From Candidatus Yanofskybacteria bacterium (GTDB taxonomy: Bacteria > Patescibacteriota > Minisyncoccia > Minisyncoccales > UBA10102), in assembly GCA_030688685.1 (NCBI GenBank), contig JAUYJF010000002.1:1-36758 (forward strand): 36,758 nucleotides of DNA, written 5' to 3'. Shown piece by piece: positions 31,143 to 36,758 of the stretch. The notes below the pieces were generated by a model. The model was given only the letters and a program-made list of their open reading frames with translations. It ran no database searches and was not told the DNA's origin. The translations under genes and the position numbers were made by a program. Position 1 is the first letter of the stretch; the number at the start of each line of letters is the position of its first letter.

Positions 31143-31730
31143 ATGAATGCGTATCTGAATGAAATAAAGCCGTACCTGGGGCTCGCGTTCCTCGTGTTCG
31201 CGGGAGCTTCCGCGTTCGGGTACGTTCTTGCCTTCCTGGATCCTACAGAAACCCTTCATGTCCAGAGGGGAGTATATGAGCAGGCGCGTCCCTTGCTTGA
31301 TCTGCAGAGCTGGCAGATCGCCCTCCTGATTTTCCTGAACAACAGCATCAAGGTCTTTTTCTCCATGGCGCTGGGGCTGGTGTTCGCGTTTGTTCCCATT
31401 CTGTTCCTCTTTGTAAACGGCCAGCTTCTCGGAACCTTCGCGTTTCTCGTGCAGGACAGCCTCGGATGGGGCTTTTTTACCACAGGCATCATTCCGCATG
31501 GAATCATAGAAATTCCGGCGGTTCTTGTTGGCGCAGCTTTCGGGATCCGATTAGGGTTCCTCGCTTTTTCTAAGCTCTTTGGGCCAAAGAGCGAGATAAG
31601 TCTCAAGCAAGAAATAAAGCGCGCCGTCTCCTTCTATCTGCGGGTTCTTCTTCCGGTCTTTTTCCTTGCCGCGCTTGTTGAGGCATATATTTCCCCGTTT
31701 TTTCTCGCGTTATTTTACTCCGTCCTATGA
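31143..31730 (+). CDS. SpoIIM/DUF95-family membrane protein
   Basis: IFLNN, VNG, PHGIIEIPA, AALVEAYISP. Confidence 0.88.
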   Translation: MNAYLNEIKPYLGLAFLVFAGASAFGYVLAFLDPTETLHVQRGVYEQARPLLDLQSWQIALLIFLNNSIKVFFSMALGLVFAFVPILFLFVNGQLLGTFAFLVQDSLGWGFFTTGIIPHGIIEIPAVLVGAAFGIRLGFLAFSKLFGPKSEISLKQEIKRAVSFYLRVLLPVFFLAALVEAYISPFFLALFYSVL

Positions 31731-32164
31731 AGTTGAAAAAAATCTATTCCAAAGATCTGGGGATTGATCTGGAATCCAGAAAGGAGCGGGAAGCATTCAA
31801 ATGGCTTGTTGCCTGTTTTTTATTCGGCAATCCGATCTCTCAGGAGATTGCGGCCCAGGCGTGGGGCGAACTTGAGCAGGAAGGCCTCATGAGCCCGGAC
31901 GCGCTCCTCAAGGCGGGATGGGAACGGATCGTGAGGGCGCTGGATCGGGGCAAATACGGCAGATATGACGAGTCTACCGCGACCCGGCTTCTTGATGCCG
32001 CGGATCTCCTGAAAAAGAAGTACCAGGGAAGCATGCTGGTGTTTTTTCAGAGAGTAGGGAGGACAAATCTGGTGGACAAACTGCAAGAAGAATTCAAGGG
32101 CATCGGCCCCATTTCTTCCCGTATCTTCATGAGGGATATGGAGAAGTGGTTTTTTTCAGAATAA
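31727..32164 (+). CDS. Putative helix-hairpin-helix (HhH-GPD-like) DNA-binding protein
   Basis: FKW..ACFLFG.PI, Y.RYDE..A, FKGIGP HhH-like motif. Confidence 0.6.
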   Translation: MKLKKIYSKDLGIDLESRKEREAFKWLVACFLFGNPISQEIAAQAWGELEQEGLMSPDALLKAGWERIVRALDRGKYGRYDESTATRLLDAADLLKKKYQGSMLVFFQRVGRTNLVDKLQEEFKGIGPISSRIFMRDMEKWFFSE

Positions 32165-32213
32165 GAGAATGGTATAATAAGCATGAGAGTTGCTATCTCA
32201 GAGGAGGAGTTGC

Positions 32214-33014
32214 ATGAAGCGGTTTGCTCTCGGTTTCATCTTGCCTCCTGTTGGACCAATCGCGGGAGTGGTAGCGGGAATTGCGGGCGTGCTGGCGTAT
32301 CTGGCCTATCGGGCGGAAGCGTGGCGAGAGTTCTGGGCCATCGTGGGATCGGCGATTTTTCTCTTCATGTTCCTTGCGATCATGGGGGGAGCGATCTTTG
32401 CCAGGCGGCACCCGGAACAGGAACCTGAAATCCAGCTTCCAGACTATCTTTCAGCGCAGAGTCGGGCTGTACTGAGCGCCGCCGTTGACCGGGCGCAAGG
32501 ACAGCACGCGGGACATCTTGGTCAGCCTGTTCTCCTGTCCGTATTCTCCCGACAGGATGCAACCGTGCGGAGCGTCCTGAACCTGTTGGGAGCGACAGAC
32601 CCTGTCATAAAGGATGCGGAAGGGGACTTTGCGAAGAGGAACATCGTTCCCTTGTTTGTTGACCGCGCGCAGCTCATCCAGTCAGGGCAACACCTTCTGG
32701 AAGCCGCAAAAAGGAGGTACGCGGATCGGGTAGGATCCGAACAAGTGGAGCCTGTGCATATCCTTTTGGCAATGACGGAGGGAAGGGAGAATGTCCTGGC
32801 GCCCTATACTCCAGAAGACGTGGAGTTTGCCATGGAGGCACGGATCCTGACCGTTTCTGAGTTAGAGCAAAAGCGCGCCCAACTTGAACAGGAAGAACGG
32901 GAACTGCGTGAAAAGCTCGCGGTAACCGGAAGGAGGCTGGATATCGTGAATCGGGGGATTCGGCTTCAGCCGAATGGGGTTATCCACAGCGTACTCGCAC
33001 CTCCTCCGTACTAA
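32214..33014 (+). CDS. Membrane protein with Clp N-terminal-like repeats and a C-terminal coiled coil
   Basis: Two TMs; LSAQSRAVLSAA..A and EQVEPVHILLAM Clp_N-like motifs; AGGAGG 32202-32207; TGGTATAAT 32170-32178. Confidence 0.65.
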   Translation: MKRFALGFILPPVGPIAGVVAGIAGVLAYLAYRAEAWREFWAIVGSAIFLFMFLAIMGGAIFARRHPEQEPEIQLPDYLSAQSRAVLSAAVDRAQGQHAGHLGQPVLLSVFSRQDATVRSVLNLLGATDPVIKDAEGDFAKRNIVPLFVDRAQLIQSGQHLLEAAKRRYADRVGSEQVEPVHILLAMTEGRENVLAPYTPEDVEFAMEARILTVSELEQKRAQLEQEERELREKLAVTGRRLDIVNRGIRLQPNGVIHSVLAPPPY

Positions 33015-33030
33015 TACGGAGGAGAACATA

Positions 33031-33065
33031 AAAAGAGCGTCTTCGCGTGCCGAGGGCGCTCTTTT
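33031..33065 (+). terminator. Intrinsic terminator, possibly bidirectional
   Basis: AAAAGAGCGTCTTCG/CGAGGGCGCTCTTTT. Confidence 0.7.
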
Positions 33066-33109
33066 CTCAGCACAGTTTCTTTGAGAGTTTTCTATGGTAT
33101 GATTCGGGC

Positions 33110-33580
33110 ATGAAGGAAACGGGAAAGCTTCTCGCCGCCATCGGGATTTGCCAGGGAGCGGGGATCATCGGATCCTTTTTTGTGGCTTCTTCAATTCAGG
33201 AATGGTACCTGTTTCTTGAAAAACCGCTGTTCTCTCCGCCAAACTGGATATTTGGTCCCGTATGGGGAACGCTGTATACCCTGATGGGCGTCTCGCTCTA
33301 TCTTGTGTGGAAAACGCGCACCAAGGAAGAATGCCATTGCGGGCCGCTGACGGTGTTCTTCTTTCAGCTGGGCTTCCACGCGCTTTGGCCCATTGTTTTC
33401 TTCGCCCTCCGCAGTCCCTTGCTGGCGCTTTTGGTGCTCTGCGTTCTTTGTATCTCGCTTGTGTGGACGACGCTCCTGTTTTGGAATGTACGCAAGCTTG
33501 CCGGGGCGCTCCTTATTCCGTCTGTCCTCTGGGTGCTCTTTGCGGCGTATCTGAATTTCTTTCTCTGGCGGATCAACTAG
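33110..33580 (+). CDS. tspO: TspO/MBR tryptophan-rich sensory protein
   Basis: WY..LEKP.FSPPNWIFGPVW..LY, W..FA.YLN; start at ATG 33110. Confidence 0.93.
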   Translation: MKETGKLLAAIGICQGAGIIGSFFVASSIQEWYLFLEKPLFSPPNWIFGPVWGTLYTLMGVSLYLVWKTRTKEECHCGPLTVFFFQLGFHALWPIVFFALRSPLLALLVLCVLCISLVWTTLLFWNVRKLAGALLIPSVLWVLFAAYLNFFLWRIN

Positions 33581-33584
33581 AAGA

Positions 33585-33614
33585 TTGACAGATGCGATTG
33601 AGTTGCACTAGAGT
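33585..33614 (+). promoter_or_regulatory. znuA promoter with a Fur/Zur-like 7-1-7 inverted repeat in the spacer
   Basis: TTGACA-18-TAGAGT; TGCGATT-G-AGTTGCA at 33593-33607. Confidence 0.55.
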
Positions 33615-33621
33615 TGAGCAT

Positions 33622-34563
33622 ATGAAAACTTTTCTCATTGGCTTGTGCGTTTTGCTTGTTGGAATCTCCGGAGCTGTGGCGCTTCAGAGATGGAAAGGGG
33701 TCTCCGTGGAAGAGGAGAAAATGCGGGTTGTGGCCTCTTTTTATCCTCTGGCGGAGTGGGCGTCCCGCGCGGGAGAAGAGCTTGTGAATGTGCACGTTCT
33801 CGCTCCGGCCGGGATTGATCCGCATACGTTTGAACCTACTCCCCGGGAACTCGCCTTGATATACAATGCTTCGGTGTTTTTGTTCGTGGGTGGGGGATTT
33901 GAGCCTTGGGCAGAACGCCTGGAGGAGGACTTGAAAAAGAGGGGAGTCACGGTTCTTGAGATGGAAGAATATATGGAATTCTTCCGCGTTGAGGAGGAGG
34001 AACATGAGGAGGAAGAGGAAGAACACGGACACGGGGCGTACGATCCTCATTTTTGGCTTGATCCTACGCGAGCGGCAGAAGCAGTCCGTCTTGTGGGGGA
34101 AACATTCAGCGCTCTGGATCCTGACAATACGTCAGCCTACGAGATCCAGGCAGCCGCGTATATGACAGAGCTCGAACAATTGCACCATGAGTACGAGCAG
34201 GGTTTGGTTTCTTGCGCAAAGAACGAAATCATTGTTGCTCACGACGCGTTCAGATATATGGCTGACCGGTACGGATTTGACATTATTGCCATCGCGGGGA
34301 TTTCTCCGGAAGAAGAACCTTCTCTGCGGAGAATGGGGGAGCTCGTATTGCTTGCTCGCGAAAAGAACATCCGATACATTTTCTTTGAAACCTTGGCGAG
34401 TACGCGGTTATCTGAAACAATAGCCCAAGAAGTGGGGGCGCAAACCCTTGTTCTGAATCCCATAGAGGGGCTTAGCGCGCAAGAGGAATCTGAGGGGCAC
34501 ACCTATATCTCACTCATGCGTCAGAATCTTACCAACCTGCGGCTTGCCTTAGAATGTTCATGA
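33622..34563 (+). CDS. znuA: Zn/Mn ABC transporter substrate-binding protein
   Basis: DPHTFEP, E/H-rich loop, DPHFWLDP, HDAF.Y; start at ATG 33622. Confidence 0.9.
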   Translation: MKTFLIGLCVLLVGISGAVALQRWKGVSVEEEKMRVVASFYPLAEWASRAGEELVNVHVLAPAGIDPHTFEPTPRELALIYNASVFLFVGGGFEPWAERLEEDLKKRGVTVLEMEEYMEFFRVEEEEHEEEEEEHGHGAYDPHFWLDPTRAAEAVRLVGETFSALDPDNTSAYEIQAAAYMTELEQLHHEYEQGLVSCAKNEIIVAHDAFRYMADRYGFDIIAIAGISPEEEPSLRRMGELVLLAREKNIRYIFFETLASTRLSETIAQEVGAQTLVLNPIEGLSAQEESEGHTYISLMRQNLTNLRLALECS

Positions 34564-35324
34564 GCTCCGTCCCCCTCCTTGAACTTCAGAATGTCGGATT
34601 CTGGTATAACGGCAGGCAAGTCCTGAAGGGTGTAAGTTTTCAGGTGCAAGAAGGAGATTACCTGGGAATCTTGGGGCCGAATGGATCTGGCAAAACAACG
34701 CTTTTAAAGATTATGCTGGGCATTCTCTCCCCGCAAGAGGGAAGCGTTCGCGCGCGCGGAAAAGAGGTGCTGGCGGGAGGGGACTTCTCTGTGTTCGGCT
34801 ATGTTCCCCAGCATGCTTCGCACGCGGAATTTCGTTTTCCTGTAACGGTCAGGGAATTAGTATCAAGCGGGCGCGTCCCCCAGCTCCCTCTTTTTGGAAG
34901 ATTCAAGGACGCTGACCGAAAGATGGTGGAGCAATCCATGCGTACCGTTGGAATCCTGGAACTTCAAAACAGGCGGGTGGACGATCTTTCCGGAGGGGAG
35001 CGCCAGAAGGCGTTTATCGCGAGAGCCCTTGCCGGAAACCCCAAGATTCTTATCTTAGATGAACCGCTCACGGGCGTGGACACAGCTTCTCAAGAGCTGT
35101 TCTATGATTTTCTGCGGGATCTGAATGAAGTGTTTCGGATTACGATCATTCTTGTTTCCCATGATGTTGATGTCCTTGCTCAGCAAGTAAAATCAATCCT
35201 CTGTCTCCGGCATGAGCTGCTCTATTATGGATCATCTTCTGATCTCACCAAGGAAGAACTTGTGGAAAAACTCTATGGAAGCAAGGTAAAATTCTTTCCG
35301 CATAAGGAAAATCATCATGCTTGA
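34560..35324 (+). CDS. znuC: Zn/Mn ABC transporter ATP-binding protein
   Basis: GPNGSGKTT, YVPQ, LSGGERQ, LDEP, VSHD. Confidence 0.9.
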   Translation: MSSVPLLELQNVGFWYNGRQVLKGVSFQVQEGDYLGILGPNGSGKTTLLKIMLGILSPQEGSVRARGKEVLAGGDFSVFGYVPQHASHAEFRFPVTVRELVSSGRVPQLPLFGRFKDADRKMVEQSMRTVGILELQNRRVDDLSGGERQKAFIARALAGNPKILILDEPLTGVDTASQELFYDFLRDLNEVFRITIILVSHDVDVLAQQVKSILCLRHELLYYGSSSDLTKEELVEKLYGSKVKFFPHKENHHA

Positions 35325-36117
35325 ACTCTTTCAATTTGATTTTATGGTCCGCGCTTTGGGTGCGGGGCTTATGGTTGCCTTTCTTGCCCCGGTGATCGGC
35401 ATGTTTCTTGTGGTAAGAAGGTACTCTCTCATGGCAGATACCTTAGCCCACGTGGCATTGGCCGGAATTGCCATGGGCATCATTCTGCAGGTATATACCA
35501 TCGCTGCCGCGGTCGCGCTTTCCGTGGGAGCGGCCGTGCTCATTGAAATTCTGAGAGTACGATGGAAGATCTTCGGAGAATCTCTGCTTGCCATTTTTCT
35601 TTCAGGTTCCTTGGCAATAGCAGCGGTTCTCCTGAGTGTCACAAAGGGTTTTCAGATTGGTCTGTTCGGCCTCCTGTTTGGAAGCATAGCGACCGTGAGC
35701 CAGACCGATGTATACGTTATTCTTGGATTTGGAACGCTTGTTCTTGGAACAATATTCCTTTTATATAAGGAGTTCTTGTTTGTTTCTTTAGATCAGGAGT
35801 TTGCTCAAGTGTCAGGAAGAAAGGCAAGAATCCTGAACATTGTGCTTATGGCGCTCACTGCCATGGCGGTCGCTCTTTCCATCCGTATTGTCGGGGTATT
35901 GCTTGTGGGAGCGCTTACCGTGATCCCCGTGATCGCGGCAATGCAGCTTGGCCGGAGTTTTCTGCAGACCATGGGGCTCGCGGTTCTGTTTTCCCTTCTT
36001 TCTGTTATTTCAGGGATTTTTCTTTCTTACTCCTATGACCTGGCAACCGGAGGAACCATCGTGGTTGTTGCCCTCGCAATCTTCATCCTGAGCTTGCTTG
36101 TGAAAGGGAAAAGATAA
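35317..36117 (+). CDS. znuB: Zn/Mn ABC transporter permease
   Basis: FMVRAL, DTLAH..LAG, LFGSI, VGVLLV. Confidence 0.9.
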   Translation: MLELFQFDFMVRALGAGLMVAFLAPVIGMFLVVRRYSLMADTLAHVALAGIAMGIILQVYTIAAAVALSVGAAVLIEILRVRWKIFGESLLAIFLSGSLAIAAVLLSVTKGFQIGLFGLLFGSIATVSQTDVYVILGFGTLVLGTIFLLYKEFLFVSLDQEFAQVSGRKARILNIVLMALTAMAVALSIRIVGVLLVGALTVIPVIAAMQLGRSFLQTMGLAVLFSLLSVISGIFLSYSYDLATGGTIVVVALAIFILSLLVKGKR

Positions 36118-36164
36118 GGCCTCACTGTTGACAGGGGGATCTTTGGATACCACAATAGAGTAGT

Positions 36165-36419
36165 ATGGCGCTTGAAAAAGAAGATCTGAGGCAAATAAAG
36201 GTGATTGTCACCGAAGCGGTGGAAGAAACCGTGGAAAAGACCGTGGAAAGGGCCGTGGAAAAGGTGGTGGCCCCTTATTTTAACGCTATCCAAAAAGATT
36301 TTGGCAATGTGTATGAGCGGCTTGACCGCATTGAGAATCTTATAGACAACGACTACAAACAAAGAATTGAGAAGCTGGAAGATCAAATAATCCAGCTGCG
36401 CAACCTGCGCGCCGCGTAA
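36165..36419 (+). CDS. Small coiled-coil hypothetical protein
   Basis: Heptad pattern; own promoter TTGACA-17-CACAAT (36128-36156); 12-nt repeat encoding VEET-VEKT-VERA-VEKV. Confidence 0.7.
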   Translation: MALEKEDLRQIKVIVTEAVEETVEKTVERAVEKVVAPYFNAIQKDFGNVYERLDRIENLIDNDYKQRIEKLEDQIIQLRNLRAA

Positions 36420-36436
36420 AGAGAAGCGATTCCACT

Positions 36437-36462
36437 ACAGCCCGAAGGGGCTGTTTTGTTTT
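36437..36462 (+). terminator. Intrinsic terminator
   Basis: ACAGCCC-GAAG-GGGCTGT followed by TTTGTTTT. Confidence 0.75.
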
Positions 36463-36527
36463 GCAAAAAGAATAAGACCCCGGGCCAGCGTTTGCTTGAA
36501 AGCATTCACTGACCAGAGGCCTTTATT
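36462..36527 (-). terminator. Long hairpin on the minus strand followed by a U tract
   Basis: Minus GGTCAGTG/CGCTGGCC and GGCCTC/GGGGTC pair using G.U only on the minus strand; followed by CTTTTT. Confidence 0.5.
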
Positions 36528-36758
36528 GTGGTGGCGTTCCATCTCCTTTGCGGTATCCTAAAAATACAGACAAGTTTTCTTGTGAAGTCTTACGCGCAAA
36601 GGTATTATGAAAGAGTCCCCACACTTACCACATTTCGTTCTCTGAGCAAGATGAATATTGAATCAGATTCAAGGCGCGAGGAGTGATGCGTATCAGGCGA
36701 TACGTGAACGACGAGCAACAAAGAAGGTGGTTCAAATTCACTTGCCCGCAGGGAAGCT

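Noticed and set aside
33990-34035. GAG/GAA-rich tract in znuA
   Set aside because: Ordinary Glu/His-rich loop of ZnuA-type proteins
36217-36270. 12-nt tandem repeat (CCGTGGAAAAGA-like)
   Set aside because: Period is a multiple of 3 and is explained by a 4-aa helical protein repeat
2422-36419. Alternative genetic code (TGA as Gly)
   Set aside because: TGA ends mreC, femAB, ctpA and znuA at the expected C-termini, and no conserved gene has an internal TGA
36686-36758. Plus-strand ORF start MRIRRYVNDE at the window end
   Set aside because: Only 24 codons visible and the AGGAG is too close to the ATG; cannot be supported

Overview
Housekeeping-dense bacterial segment, genetic code 11. It is inferred to be Patescibacteria/CPR (Parcubacteria-like) from the divergent 23S with a group I intron, short HrcA, membrane-anchored MurF and core genes without Shine-Dalgarno (SD) motifs. 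Gene order: 3' part of 23S rRNA with an ORF-less 282-nt group I intron (E. coli-equivalent site 2500), 5S rRNA, mreC-mreD-mrdA-greA-lysS-serS, a cell-envelope cluster (alpha/beta hydrolase, TM-MurF, DegT-type aminotransferase, FemAB, FtsQ), two GT-C glycosyltransferases, CIRCE-hrcA-grpE-dnaK-dnaJ, tRNA-Lys(UUU) followed by a free-standing HTH-LAGLIDADG gene, S41 protease, rplI, pyrG, antisense rpmA, NUDIX, riboflavin kinase, ATP-cone, SpoIIM-like, TspO and znuACB. The most notable patterns are four. (1) Six self-contained single-gene cassettes with promoter, strong SD, an unrecognised or single-domain ORF and a hairpin sit among core genes that look leaderless or SD-less. (2) Heptamer-periodic repeats are embedded in two enzymes and one intergenic region. 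(3) A tRNA-linked LAGLIDADG gene co-occurs with an ORF-less rRNA intron. (4) rpmA is nested antisense within a + strand gene run. No CRISPR array, transposase or integrase was seen. All calls come from reading the sequence; no database searches were run.
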